A stretch of 64,000 bases of DNA from an uncultured Peptostreptococcaceae bacterium (GTDB lineage Bacteria > Bacillota > Clostridia > Peptostreptococcales > BM714), in NCBI GenBank assembly GCA_964617505.1, contig CAZTZB010000006.1, positions 2,551 through 66,550 of the forward strand. The letters are read 5' to 3'. Shown one piece after another: positions 51,908 through 61,829 of this stretch. Positions within the stretch are counted from its first letter, which is position 1; each line of letters begins with the position of its first letter. A program made the translations under genes and the position numbers. Under the pieces are notes generated by a model. That model saw only the letters and a list, made by a program, of their open reading frames with translations. It was not told where the DNA came from and searched no databases.

Positions 51908-51998
51908 CAAATGTAACAAGCAATGATTTTGCTTTTGAAAATTTTGTTTAGGCTTTTGCCAATTGAAAAGAAATTCAATTTTGAGGGAGGGAAAGCTT

Positions 51999-52319
51999 TT
52001 GTCACTTTCTATTGAAAAGAAATACAGGCAAGACGGAGATTTATGGGATGTAAAAATTTCGGGGGAAGTGGACATATACACTTCCGAAAAAATGAAGGAA
52101 ACTCTTAACGGAATGGTAGAGGAAAAAAATGCGGAGATTCAGCTTGATTGTAAGGATCTTTCTTACATAGACAGCAGTGGATTGGGTGTGTTGATTGGTG
52201 TGCTCAAGAAGCTAAAGGAAGAAGACAAGAATCTTGTTGTCTTGAATGCCAGATCAAATATTGTTAAACTGCTTAGCATAACTGGGCTTGACAAAGTTTT
52301 TATCATAAGAGAAAACTGA
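51999..52319 (+). CDS. rsbV: Anti-sigma factor antagonist (STAS domain), RsbV-like
   Basis: The STAS motif is LSYIDSSGLGVLIG, containing the phosphorylatable Ser. I moved the start to the TTG at 51999 after a GAGGGAGGG RBS; the track start is 51963. Confidence 0.8.
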   Translation: MSLSIEKKYRQDGDLWDVKISGEVDIYTSEKMKETLNGMVEEKNAEIQLDCKDLSYIDSSGLGVLIGVLKKLKEEDKNLVVLNARSNIVKLLSITGLDKVFIIREN

Positions 52320-52335
52320 TATGAAGGGTGATAAA

Positions 52336-52776
52336 ATGGGCATTTACAAGGAAAAGATTAATATGAATGAGGTATATTCGGAGCAGGAATGCATTGGCTT
52401 GTCAATTCCGGCCAATCCTGAATATGTTTCAATTGTAAGGATGACAGCGTCGGTTATTGCAAACAGCATAGGTTTCGATTTTGAAGAAATCGAGGATATC
52501 AAAGTAGCGGTCAGTGAAGCCTGTAACAATGCAGTTATGCATTCCAAAGGGGAAGACAACTTTGAGATTAAATTTATTAAAGAAAGTGAAAAAATTGTTA
52601 TTGTAGTGAAGGATAATGGAAATGGATTTGATTTTGCTGATTACTCATCGCCGAATCTTAAAAATCCTTCAGACCATGGTTTGGGCATTTTTGTGATTAA
52701 GTCCCTTATGGATAGAGTCGAGGTAAAATCCTCCAAAGAAAAGGGTACGGAAATAAAAATGTACAAGAATCTTTAA
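52336..52776 (+). CDS. rsbW: Anti-sigma factor serine kinase, RsbW-like
   Basis: It is HATPase_c type (EACNNAVMHS...DNGNGFD...HGLGIFVIKSLMD). The start is either 52336 (AAGGGTG RBS) or 52321. Confidence 0.8.
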   Translation: MGIYKEKINMNEVYSEQECIGLSIPANPEYVSIVRMTASVIANSIGFDFEEIEDIKVAVSEACNNAVMHSKGEDNFEIKFIKESEKIVIVVKDNGNGFDFADYSSPNLKNPSDHGLGIFVIKSLMDRVEVKSSKEKGTEIKMYKNL

Positions 52777-52814
52777 TAGAATTAAGGATAAATGCTTTTG
52801 GGGGGGAGTGGGCA

Positions 52815-53615
52815 ATGACGGAAAAAAACAATGAAAAAAAGATCCAATCAATGGACATTGCCTTTAAAAATATGGATGGCAAAGAGCTTTTTAGACTTTA
52901 TGCCAAAACACGTGACATTGAAGTCAGAAACTTCTTAGTTAAAAAATATCTTTATATAGCGGAAATATTGTCTAAAAAATACACAAACAAGGGAATTGAC
53001 TTCGAAGATATTTTCCAAGTGGCATCCCTTGGTTTGATATATGCCATTGAACGATTTGATGTTGAAAGAGGATATGAGTTTTCTAGCTTTGCGACGCCTA
53101 CAATCATTGGAGAAATTAAAAAGTATTTTAGAGACAAAGGATGGGCCATAAGGGTTCCACGGAGAATACAGGAATTGTCCAAAAGGATTTATACGACAAA
53201 AACCTCTTTGCAGCAAACGCTTCAAAGAACCCCGACGATTGAGGATATAGCAATAGAGCTTGAATGCTCTATTGAGCAGATTGTTGAAGCTATAGAGGCG
53301 AGCCAGGTCTATTCTCCAAAATCTCTTGATATTAGTTATGACAATAATGGAGATGACAAGGACATACAATTGATTGACATAATAGGAAAAGAGGACAATG
53401 TTTTTGGAATTATAGAAAACAGAGAGTTTATAGTCAAGTGTATGGAGAAGTTTAATGAGGTTGAAGTTAAAATAGTTGAAGATAGATTTTTCAGGAACCG
53501 TACACAAATACAGGTGGCTTCAGATCTTGGGGTTTCACAGATGACGATATCTAGAATGGAAAAAAAAATAATCCGAAAGTTTCGAAAGGAATTTGATAAA
53601 CTTAAAGAAATATAA
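52815..53615 (+). CDS. sigB: Alternative sigma factor of the SigB/F/G group, SigB-like
   Basis: Region 2 reads DIFQVASLGLIYAIERFD...FSSFATPTIIGEIKKYFRD, and the region 4 HTH reads TQIQVASDLGVSQMTISRMEKK. It follows rsbV and rsbW. Confidence 0.85.
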   Translation: MTEKNNEKKIQSMDIAFKNMDGKELFRLYAKTRDIEVRNFLVKKYLYIAEILSKKYTNKGIDFEDIFQVASLGLIYAIERFDVERGYEFSSFATPTIIGEIKKYFRDKGWAIRVPRRIQELSKRIYTTKTSLQQTLQRTPTIEDIAIELECSIEQIVEAIEASQVYSPKSLDISYDNNGDDKDIQLIDIIGKEDNVFGIIENREFIVKCMEKFNEVEVKIVEDRFFRNRTQIQVASDLGVSQMTISRMEKKIIRKFRKEFDKLKEI

Positions 53616-53652
53616 AAGCGTCGAAGGGAAATCCTTAGACGCTTTTATTTTG
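53614..53652. terminator. Bidirectional terminator between sigB and trpS (convergent)
   Basis: The AAAGCGTC...GACGCTTT hairpin is flanked by an A-rich 5' side and TTATTTT on the 3' side. Confidence 0.7.
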
Positions 53653-53672
53653 GATTTAAGTTAGTTAATGGC

Positions 53673-54659
53673 TTATAGAACAAAACCCATTTTTTTCTTG
53701 GCTCTTTCTACAACTCCGTCGGCTATGAATGCAGCCTTTTCGGCTCCGATATTCATTGCTTTTTCGACTTCTCCCGATTTACGTATTTCTTCATAACGTT
53801 TTTGTATCGGCGAAAGGGAATCTGTAATAATTTCCACCAAATCTTTTTTAAAGGTTCCATAGCCTGAATTTGCGTAGGTTTTCTCGATTTCCTTTATTGA
53901 TTGGCCACTCATAACTGAATGTATAGTCATAAGGTTGCTTATGCCCTTCTTTTCTTCCCAGTCATACCTTACTTCGGAATCACTGTCAGTTACAGCCTTC
54001 ATTATGCTTTTTTTAATTTTAGAAGGCGTATCGAGTAGATTGATTTTGCTGTAGGGATTGGCGTTGCTTTTGCTCATTTTCTTTTCCGGATCGTCAAGCG
54101 ACATTATGCGGGCACCCTCGGAAACATTGGCAATAAGAGGTTCGGGAACAACAAAGGTTTCGCCGAAACGCGAATTGAAACGCTCGGCTATGTTTCTTGT
54201 AAATTCAAGATGTTGCTTTTGATCATTGCCTACAGGAACATAATTTGTATCATATAAAAGAATATCTGCCGCCATAAGTGTGGGATAGGTGTAAAGCCCA
54301 ACAGAAACAGTTTCCTTTCCTTGGCTTTTTTCCTTGAATTGCGTCATTCTATTCAATTCGCCCGTATATGTTACACATTGAAGGAGCCAAGCAAGCTCGC
54401 TATGAGCCCTAACCTGTGATTGCAGAAACAATATGATCCGGTTGGGGTCAAGACCTACGGCCATAAATAGAGCGGCCAGTTTTAGGGAGTTTTCTTTAAG
54501 AGCTGCCGGTTCCTGTGGAACGGTTATGGAATGTAAATCAACTATGCTGTAAACACAGTTCATTTCATCCTGTAGTTCTACAAATCTGCGTATGGCTCCC
54601 AAATAATTCCCCAAGTGAAGTTCTGATGTTGGCTGAACGCCTGAAAAAACTCTTTTCAT
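53673..54659 (-). CDS. trpS: Tryptophan--tRNA ligase
   Basis: VFSGVQPTSELHLGNYLGA is the HIGH-type motif and KMSKS is present. I moved the start to the ATG at 54659 after a GGAGGT RBS; the track start is 54731. Confidence 0.95.
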   Translation of the reverse strand: MKRVFSGVQPTSELHLGNYLGAIRRFVELQDEMNCVYSIVDLHSITVPQEPAALKENSLKLAALFMAVGLDPNRIILFLQSQVRAHSELAWLLQCVTYTGELNRMTQFKEKSQGKETVSVGLYTYPTLMAADILLYDTNYVPVGNDQKQHLEFTRNIAERFNSRFGETFVVPEPLIANVSEGARIMSLDDPEKKMSKSNANPYSKINLLDTPSKIKKSIMKAVTDSDSEVRYDWEEKKGISNLMTIHSVMSGQSIKEIEKTYANSGYGTFKKDLVEIITDSLSPIQKRYEEIRKSGEVEKAMNIGAEKAAFIADGVVERAKKKMGFVL

Positions 54660-54872
54660 AAGAAATACCTCCAAAATTTTTTGCTCCGTATGCATATTCA
54701 ACAGTATAGTACAGTGCGCCATTAAAAACAATACGGTTGTGGACCTTATCTAAAAGGAAAAACACATAGTTGTAAAAAAATACCTTGCGCTAACAAAAAG
54801 AACTCATGTACTTATAAGGCTTGAAAACACTATATATAAAAATTATTATACATGTATAATAATTTTATCGTA

Positions 54873-54901
54873 TTGACAAAAACACATAGTAAAATTAAAA
54901 T
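54873..54901 (+). promoter_or_regulatory. Putative sigma-A promoter of the Liv-type ABC operon
   Basis: TTGACA-N17-TAAAAT, 83 nt upstream of the ATG. Confidence 0.5.
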
Positions 54902-54984
54902 TATAGTAGTATTTCTACGTAGTTTCAAAGAACTGTTAGCAAGTAAAGGCATCAAAAAAAACGAACCGAAAGAGAGGGCGTTAT

Positions 54985-56172
54985 ATGAAAAGGAAATTGG
55001 CTTTATTTTTGGCACTAATCATGGTTTTCTCAGTATTTGCTTTTGGATGTGCAAAGACTGAAGAAACGCCGGAAGAAGAAGTAGCAGTATCAGAAGAATC
55101 AGATGTTGTAAAAATTGGTGTGTTCGAGCCTATGACAGGCGGAAATGCAGCTGGTGGAGAACTGGAAATTGAAGGATTAAAACTTGCAAATGCGTTGTAT
55201 CCTGAAGTTCTAGGGAAAAAAGTTGAACTTGTTATCGTGGACAACAAGTCCGACAAGGTTGAAGCTGCAAATGCAGTAAGAAGACTTGTTGACAAGGAAA
55301 ATGTTTCAATCGTACTTGGTTCATGGGGAAGCTCGTTCTCAATGGCTGCGGGACCTGTTGTTAAGGATGCACAGGTTGCAGCTATAGGCACTTCTTGCAC
55401 GAATCCTCTTGTTACTCTTGGAAATGAATTCTATTTCAGAGTTTGTTTCATAGACTCTTTCCAAGGTGTTGTAATGGCAAGATACGCTTATGATGAAGCG
55501 GGAGCAAAAAAAGTTGCAATTCTTCAAGAAATTTCAAACGATTATTCAGTAGCCCTTTCTAAATTTTTCACAGACGAAATGGTTAAGCTTACTGGTGACG
55601 AAGGCGCTATAGTTTCAGTATCTAACTACAATACTGGCGACCAAGACTTTACAGCTCAATTGACAAACATTAAAAATTCGGATGCAGACGCCATTTTTGC
55701 ACCGGGCAACTTCATCGAATGCGCACTTATCATGAAGCAGGCTAAAGAATTGGGAATAGACCTTCCTTTACTCGGAGCAGATACTTGGGAAACTCCTGAA
55801 GTTATCGATATTGCAGGAGAAGCAGCTGAAGGAGCCGTTTTCTCCACTTTCTTTGATTCAGAGGTTCCTTTGACTGAAGAAACAACTACTTTCCTTGAAG
55901 CATATAGAGCAGAATATGGCGCAGACAAAGAACCTGCTGCCGTTACAGCCCTTGCATATGACGCTTACTTGGTAGCTCTTGATGCAATGGAAAGAGCAGG
56001 AACAACAACAGATACCGTTGCTATTAGAGATGCCGTAGCAGCTACAAGCATGTTCCCGGGCGCAGCAGGAATCATTTCTCTTGATGAAAACGGAGACGCT
56101 GTCAAGTCTGCAATAATCAAGGTTATCGAAGACGGTAAATTTAAATACAAAGCTACTGTCGAACCTTTCTAA
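54985..56172 (+). CDS. ABC transporter substrate-binding lipoprotein, branched-chain amino acid (LivJ/K, type I PBP) family
   Basis: It has a lipobox (FAFGCAK) and a Leu/Ile/Val-binding-protein-like sequence (IGVFEPMTGGNAAGG...GSWGS). Confidence 0.85.
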   Translation: MKRKLALFLALIMVFSVFAFGCAKTEETPEEEVAVSEESDVVKIGVFEPMTGGNAAGGELEIEGLKLANALYPEVLGKKVELVIVDNKSDKVEAANAVRRLVDKENVSIVLGSWGSSFSMAAGPVVKDAQVAAIGTSCTNPLVTLGNEFYFRVCFIDSFQGVVMARYAYDEAGAKKVAILQEISNDYSVALSKFFTDEMVKLTGDEGAIVSVSNYNTGDQDFTAQLTNIKNSDADAIFAPGNFIECALIMKQAKELGIDLPLLGADTWETPEVIDIAGEAAEGAVFSTFFDSEVPLTEETTTFLEAYRAEYGADKEPAAVTALAYDAYLVALDAMERAGTTTDTVAIRDAVAATSMFPGAAGIISLDENGDAVKSAIIKVIEDGKFKYKATVEPF

Positions 56173-56197
56173 GAAAAGATAATTAAACAAACAATAT

Positions 56198-56223
56198 GTA
56201 GACTTCCCGCATGGGAAGTCTAC
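56198..56223 (+). other. Perfect 11-bp intercistronic hairpin after the binding-protein gene
   Basis: GTAGACTTCCC-GCAT-GGGAAGTCTAC has no U tract after it. Confidence 0.5.
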
Positions 56224-56294
56224 ACTATTGTTATAAAAGACTTTGCCGCAGTAAATGGACAAAGCGTTAAAATGAAATGTTTGGGGGAAAACAA

Positions 56295-57188
56295 ATGAGT
56301 ATTCAGACATTTATGCAGCATATGGTAAACGGGATTTCCCTTGGGAGCCTATATGCTCTGTTGGCCATAGGATATACCATGGTTTACGGTATACTTAGGC
56401 TGATAAATTTTGCCCATGGCGATATTTTCATGATTGGGACTTATATAGCTTTTTACGGAATGACGGCATTTTTACTGCCTTGGTGGGCGGCTTTTATATT
56501 AGCACTTATATTGACGGCTGCGTTTGGGATAGCTTTGGAACGTATGGCTTACAGGCCTCTACGAAATTCTCCCAGAATTTCCATCATGATTTCGGCAATT
56601 GGGGCTTCATTTCTTATTGAAAACCTTGCAATCGTCTTATTCGGTGGAAGACCGAAAGCTTTTCCTATTGATCCTATTTTTGCTAAGATTTTTGAGTTTG
56701 GGGGAGTATCTGTTGTATCGATTCAGTTGATTATTCCGGTTGTAACATTGATTTTTCTCGCCATATTAGTCTATATTGTCAATCAAACCAAGACAGGCAT
56801 GGCAATGCGCGCCGTTTCAAAAGACTATGAAGCGGCAAGGCTTATGGGGATTGACGTTGATATAATCATCACATTTACTTTTGGCATGGGTTCACTTTTG
56901 GCCGCCGTAGGAGGGATTCTTTGGGCACTTAAGTATCCGCAACTCGTTCCATTGATGGGGATGATGCCAGGGCTTAAATGTTTCATTGCGGCTGTTGTTG
57001 GTGGCATAGGAAGCATAAAGGGTGCTGTTGTCGGTGGATTCATACTGGGACTCGGGGAAATTTTGATTGTTGCTTTACTCCCATCCTTGACCGGATTCCG
57101 GGATGCATTTGCCTTTGTTCTTTTGATTGTCATCCTTTTGGTCAAGCCGTCCGGTTTGATGGGAAAAACAACGACGGAGAAGGTGTAG
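56295..57188 (+). CDS. livH: Branched-chain amino acid ABC transporter permease LivH-type
   Basis: NGISLGSLYALLAIGYTMVYGILRLINFAHGD is typical LivH. The ATG at 56295 follows a GGGGGA RBS. Confidence 0.9.
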   Translation: MSIQTFMQHMVNGISLGSLYALLAIGYTMVYGILRLINFAHGDIFMIGTYIAFYGMTAFLLPWWAAFILALILTAAFGIALERMAYRPLRNSPRISIMISAIGASFLIENLAIVLFGGRPKAFPIDPIFAKIFEFGGVSVVSIQLIIPVVTLIFLAILVYIVNQTKTGMAMRAVSKDYEAARLMGIDVDIIITFTFGMGSLLAAVGGILWALKYPQLVPLMGMMPGLKCFIAAVVGGIGSIKGAVVGGFILGLGEILIVALLPSLTGFRDAFAFVLLIVILLVKPSGLMGKTTTEKV

Positions 57189-57191
57189 ACG

Positions 57192-58253
57192 ATGAAAAAA
57201 AATACAAAAAAAAATATTATGACATTGATAGCTTTGCTTTTGTTTATTGCCTTTCTTACAGTAGCTGACAGAATTTTCGATTCTTATCAAATGAGAATAA
57301 TTAATCTTGCCGGTATATATGTAACACTGGGACTTGGACTTAACCTGATTAACGGATTTACGGGACTGTTTTCATTGGGGCATGCGGGGTTTATGGCAGT
57401 AGGAGCATATACTTCCGCAATTTTAACAATGTCTCCTGAACTTAAAGAAATGAATTTTTTTCTTAAGCCAATAATGCCATTTTTTGCAAATATTGAATGG
57501 CCGTTTTTTCCAGCACTAATAATGGCAGGCCTTATGGCAGCAATTGTGGGGGCCTTGATTGGCGCTCCGGTGCTCCGTCTCAATGACGACTATCTCGCAA
57601 TTGCCACTTTGGGTTTTGGTGAAATAATAAGAGTCATTTTCACAAATACCCAAACATTGACAAATGGAGCTCTAGGACTCAAGGGATTGCCTTCTTTTAC
57701 AAATGTTTATTGGAGTTGGGGAACTGCCATTATAATGATAGTAGGCATGGTTTTATTGGTTAAAAGCAGTTATGGAAGAGCTTTCAAGGCAATACGTGAA
57801 AATGAAATTGCAGCGGAGGCAATGGGAATTAGCTTATTCAAACATAAGATGATGTCCTTTGTAATAGGGTCATTTATGGCTGGAGTCGGGGGTGCGCTTT
57901 TAGGGCATCTCGTGGGGACAATTGACCCATTGATGTTTAGATTCCTAATGACTTTCAATATAGTGTTGATAGTAGTTCTTGGGGGTATAGGAAGCATTAC
58001 AGGAACAGTTATAAGCGCCGTTGTTGTAACGGTCATGCTTGAAGTATTGAGGGTTCTTGACGGAGCTATGGACTTTGGATTTATTCAAATTCAGGGAATT
58101 CCAGGTATGAGGATGGTTGTATTCTCTGCTCTTCTCATGATTGTAATTCTCTTCTATCAACGGGGACTCATGGGGACAAACGAGTTTCGCTGGGAATGGG
58201 TAACCAATCCTAAACAGACAATAATGAATGCTTGGAATAATAGAAAAGCCTAG
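57192..58253 (+). CDS. livM: Branched-chain amino acid ABC transporter permease LivM-type
   Basis: GLNLINGFTGLFSLGHAGFMAVGAY is typical LivM. Confidence 0.9.
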   Translation: MKKNTKKNIMTLIALLLFIAFLTVADRIFDSYQMRIINLAGIYVTLGLGLNLINGFTGLFSLGHAGFMAVGAYTSAILTMSPELKEMNFFLKPIMPFFANIEWPFFPALIMAGLMAAIVGALIGAPVLRLNDDYLAIATLGFGEIIRVIFTNTQTLTNGALGLKGLPSFTNVYWSWGTAIIMIVGMVLLVKSSYGRAFKAIRENEIAAEAMGISLFKHKMMSFVIGSFMAGVGGALLGHLVGTIDPLMFRFLMTFNIVLIVVLGGIGSITGTVISAVVVTVMLEVLRVLDGAMDFGFIQIQGIPGMRMVVFSALLMIVILFYQRGLMGTNEFRWEWVTNPKQTIMNAWNNRKA

Positions 58254-58272
58254 ATGAAAAGGAAGTGGAAAA

Positions 58273-59037
58273 GTGACTGTTCTAAAGACAGATAACATTA
58301 CCATGAGATTCGGCGGATTGACGGCGGTCTCTGATTTTAATCTGGATATGAATGAAGGCGAAATTGTTGGTTTAATCGGACCTAATGGAGCAGGTAAAAC
58401 AACTTGCTTTAACATGATTACTGGCGTATATACGCCTACCGAGGGTAAAATTATATGCTTGGATTCTGATATAACGGGACGAAAGCCACACGAGATAACA
58501 AAGCTGGGCATAGCTAGGACCTTCCAAAACATAAGATTGTTTCAAGATTTGTCTGTTTTGGATAATGTTATGGTTGCGGGGCATATGCGTCTTAACTCCA
58601 ACTTGTTTTCTTCGATAATAAGGACCCCTGACTATGTTAAAAAAGAAAAGGCCATGTACGAGAAATCCATGAATCTCCTCAAGGAAGTGGGACTTGAAAA
58701 GGAAGCAGAAGAAGTATCAACATCGCTTCCCTATGGAAAGCAAAGGCGGCTTGAAATTGCAAGAGCTCTGGCCACCGAACCCAAAATATTGCTTCTTGAT
58801 GAACCGGCAGCAGGCATGAATCCCCAGGAATCATTGGAGCTGATGGATTTCATACATGATGTAAGAGATCGTTTTAAGGTATCCATACTTATGATTGAAC
58901 ACCATATGCAGGTCATAATGGGCGTTTGTGAAAAAATTTATGTTTTGGACTATGGCGTCACTATTGCCGAAGGTAATCCTCGAGAGATTCAAAACAATAA
59001 AAAGGTCATAGAGGCGTATCTGGGGGTGGATGAATAA
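58273..59037 (+). CDS. livG: ABC transporter ATP-binding protein LivG-type
   Basis: Walker A (GPNGAGKTT), the signature LPYGKQRRLEIARAL, and LLLDEPAAG are present. It has a GTG start. Confidence 0.9.
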   Translation: MTVLKTDNITMRFGGLTAVSDFNLDMNEGEIVGLIGPNGAGKTTCFNMITGVYTPTEGKIICLDSDITGRKPHEITKLGIARTFQNIRLFQDLSVLDNVMVAGHMRLNSNLFSSIIRTPDYVKKEKAMYEKSMNLLKEVGLEKEAEEVSTSLPYGKQRRLEIARALATEPKILLLDEPAAGMNPQESLELMDFIHDVRDRFKVSILMIEHHMQVIMGVCEKIYVLDYGVTIAEGNPREIQNNKKVIEAYLGVDE

Positions 59038-59750
59038 TGCTTATTGTAAAAGATTTAAATGTTCATTACGGAGGCATCCACGCGCTTAAAGGGGCAAGCA
59101 TACATGTTCCCGAAGGAAAGATAGTTACACTTATTGGGGCAAATGGTGCAGGGAAAAGTACTACACTTAGAAGCGTCATGAGAATAGTTAAGAGTTCAAG
59201 TGGAGACATAAGCTACAATGGAGAAAGCATACTTTCGAAAAAAACTACAGGGGTAGTTAAATCGGGAATTGTTTTGGTGCCAGAAGGTAGGCGTGTGTTT
59301 CCTAATCTGACGGTTAAGGAAAATCTAATTCTTGGGGCCTATCTTCGAAATGACAAAGCAGCAGTCAACAAGGACATGGATTGGGTTTACAATCTTTTCC
59401 CGAGGCTCAAGGAACGTGAGTGGCAACAAGCCGGTACTCTATCGGGCGGAGAGCAGCAAATGCTTGCTGTCGGCCGCGGGCTCATGACCAAACCAAAGCT
59501 AATGATGATGGATGAACCGTCATTAGGATTGGCTCCGCTTATAGTCAAGGATATTTTTAACATAATAAGGGAAATACACAAGCAGGGGGTTACGATACTT
59601 TTGGTTGAACAAAACGCAAAAGCGGCCCTTGAAATAGCTGACTACGGATATGTTCTTGAAACAGGAAGAATAGTTCTTGAAGGACCAGGGAAAGAGCTTC
59701 TTGTGAACGATGAAGTCAAGAATGCTTACTTGGGAGAGGCTAAGGCGTAA
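59037..59750 (+). CDS. livF: ABC transporter ATP-binding protein LivF-type
   Basis: Walker A (GANGAGKST), LSGGEQQMLAVGRGL and MMDEPSLGLAP are present. The start overlaps the livG stop by 1 nt. Confidence 0.9.
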   Translation: MLIVKDLNVHYGGIHALKGASIHVPEGKIVTLIGANGAGKSTTLRSVMRIVKSSSGDISYNGESILSKKTTGVVKSGIVLVPEGRRVFPNLTVKENLILGAYLRNDKAAVNKDMDWVYNLFPRLKEREWQQAGTLSGGEQQMLAVGRGLMTKPKLMMMDEPSLGLAPLIVKDIFNIIREIHKQGVTILLVEQNAKAALEIADYGYVLETGRIVLEGPGKELLVNDEVKNAYLGEAKA

Positions 59751-59786
59751 TATATAGGTTAAGGGAACAAATAATCAAATACAATG

Positions 59787-59820
59787 AAAAGAGCATGTCT
59801 ATGGAGACATGCTCTTTTAT
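59787..59820. terminator. Bidirectional terminator between livF and the PucR-type regulator (convergent)
   Basis: The sequence is AAAAGAGCATGTCT-ATGG-AGACATGCTCTTTT. Confidence 0.8.
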
Positions 59821-59846
59821 TACATAAAACTAATTTTAGGAGTAAA

Positions 59847-61691
59847 TTATTGAAGTAAATCCTTTATTTCAAAGGCAATTTGAAGGCGAAGTCTGTCTTG
59901 ATAATCTTTAATATCCATGTTTAAGATTTCCGATATCCTATTCAATCGATATGTCAGCGTGTTTCCATGGATATGCAAAAGCTTCTTGGACTCTGTCCAA
60001 GAGCAATTGCTTTTAAGATAGACATCCAATGTTTCTATTAAGTCTTTCTTTGAATTGTTGTCGTAGTCGAGTATGGGAGATAGGATTTTATGGAAATAAG
60101 ATTCAAGATCTTCACGGTCATTTGCTAAAAGGAAACGTTTAATTTCAATATCCCTAAAGAAAAGTGTCTTTATTGGGGAATCAGTTTTTTCTATCATTTT
60201 TACTGTTTGCCTTGCATTCTCAAAGGCATCTTTGAAACTCTCGATTTCTCCGAAAACTTCGCTGATTCCAATTCTTATTTTAAGGGTTCTGAATTCATGC
60301 GAGTAATTCTGATGAAACTTTGATTTTACAATATTAAGAACCTCTTCGACTTGAGCTTTATCCGTTTCCGGTGAGGACTCCAATATGCATACTATATAAT
60401 GATGCCTGATAAGTGATATTGATCCGGGGAAGAGTGTTTTTAACTCCTCGTTGAAAGGAGAATAGTATCGTTTCAGGCAATTCCGTATCTGTTTTTCGTG
60501 GTTAGTATGATCGATGGTGGACGGATTTTCAAACAGAAATTTTATAATCAGAATCCTGTGGCTTGCATCGATATCGAATTGATAATTATCCGAGCATTTA
60601 TGAAGATAGTCTGAAGAAATACCCGACAATAGACTGTCAAGAAAATCGCCCTTAAGAGATTGTTCAAGTTCGGTAAATTCATTTTGTTTCAATATTTCAA
60701 TGGCCAATATTGTTGCACTTCTTTCCGCTGCAATTATTTCGTTTTCTACAAGCATTGATGATTCGCTTATTAAACAGAGCCATCCCATGGTTTCTTGATT
60801 TACCATTATTGGAAAAGCAAAACAATGCAAATTGGTATTTGGCAATGGGAAGATGGCTTTTGCGTGCTTGCTGAGCTTTTGCGTCAGAAGGGGACGAATA
60901 TCAAGAAATTCCCTAGGAAGATCTTTGCCAAAGGTATGGTTGCTTATATTGTAAAACAGGTTAAGAAGAAAAACCTCTTTACCGGAAAGATGTTTGACCT
61001 CTTCTACTATGTCATTCAAGGAGCTTCCGTTGAGGACCATGTCGGTGAACCTGCTGTGAACCTGTGTGCTAAACCTGTATTTGTCCCTTTGGTTTTCGAT
61101 TATTTTGTTGTAACGCTCCAATTTCTGATTGTTTTTTAGCTCATTTTCATAGTTTAATGAATTGACAATTGCAATAGTTGCTTGAACGGAAATTGCTTTC
61201 AAAAAATCAACATCACTTTCTACTAAAGAGGCTTTGTTGGAAAAGTTGTCTATTACTAAAACCCCTATGGATTCTTTGTGATAAATGAGTGGACAGCATA
61301 TAGAACTGTGAATTTTTGTGGCGATTACATTGCCGTTTGCGGCCATTTCTGTATTGCTTTTTGACATAGTCGCCATTGCCTTTACAACAACATCCTTGTT
61401 TGGGAAAAACATGGCTTCGTTCCGTTCAAATGCTATGCCGGTCATGGACTCGCCGGGGAGCATCTTGACATCCTTTACCGAATCACCCATGCCGACATAG
61501 GCTTTCATTTCCAGTAGGCCTGTTTTTTTATTATAAAGGAAGATACAGCCAGCATCACCCCCATCAACTAGATTGATGGATAATTTCAATAAGGACTGCA
61601 AAATTGAGTCCGTGTCCTGGGTTGAATTAAGAATTTGGCTGATTTCCAAAAGAGCTTCCAACTTTTCTTCTCTACTTTTATGAGAGTACAT
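59847..61691 (-). CDS. GAF-domain / PucR-family (CdaR-like) transcriptional regulator
   Basis: The N-terminal region is GAF-like. The C-terminal PucR-type HTH reads TLDVYLKSNCSWTESKKLLHIHGNTLTYRLNRISEIL. Confidence 0.75.
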   Translation of the reverse strand: MYSHKSREEKLEALLEISQILNSTQDTDSILQSLLKLSINLVDGGDAGCIFLYNKKTGLLEMKAYVGMGDSVKDVKMLPGESMTGIAFERNEAMFFPNKDVVVKAMATMSKSNTEMAANGNVIATKIHSSICCPLIYHKESIGVLVIDNFSNKASLVESDVDFLKAISVQATIAIVNSLNYENELKNNQKLERYNKIIENQRDKYRFSTQVHSRFTDMVLNGSSLNDIVEEVKHLSGKEVFLLNLFYNISNHTFGKDLPREFLDIRPLLTQKLSKHAKAIFPLPNTNLHCFAFPIMVNQETMGWLCLISESSMLVENEIIAAERSATILAIEILKQNEFTELEQSLKGDFLDSLLSGISSDYLHKCSDNYQFDIDASHRILIIKFLFENPSTIDHTNHEKQIRNCLKRYYSPFNEELKTLFPGSISLIRHHYIVCILESSPETDKAQVEEVLNIVKSKFHQNYSHEFRTLKIRIGISEVFGEIESFKDAFENARQTVKMIEKTDSPIKTLFFRDIEIKRFLLANDREDLESYFHKILSPILDYDNNSKKDLIETLDVYLKSNCSWTESKKLLHIHGNTLTYRLNRISEILNMDIKDYQDRLRLQIAFEIKDLLQ

Positions 61692-61829
61692 TTTATTCCT
61701 CCAACAGTTTTATTTGTATTATATAGCATTACCACAACAAATAACATAAAACTTTGGTGTTATTAACATAGTATTTATTATCTTAAATTGTTAAAGTATT
61801 TATTAAATATATAAAAGGAGGAATTTAAC

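Noticed and set aside
54660-54870. I expected a T-box riboswitch in the roughly 200-nt region upstream of trpS, and the ORF track extends the gene into it.
   Set aside because: Reading the minus strand I found no T-box sequence (AGGGTGGNACCGCG-like), no UGG specifier context and no terminator/antiterminator pair. The nearest segment, GGTCCACAACCG, does not fit. A covariance-model search should confirm this. The upstream ATG at 54731 lacks an RBS, whereas the ATG at 54659 has GGAGGT.
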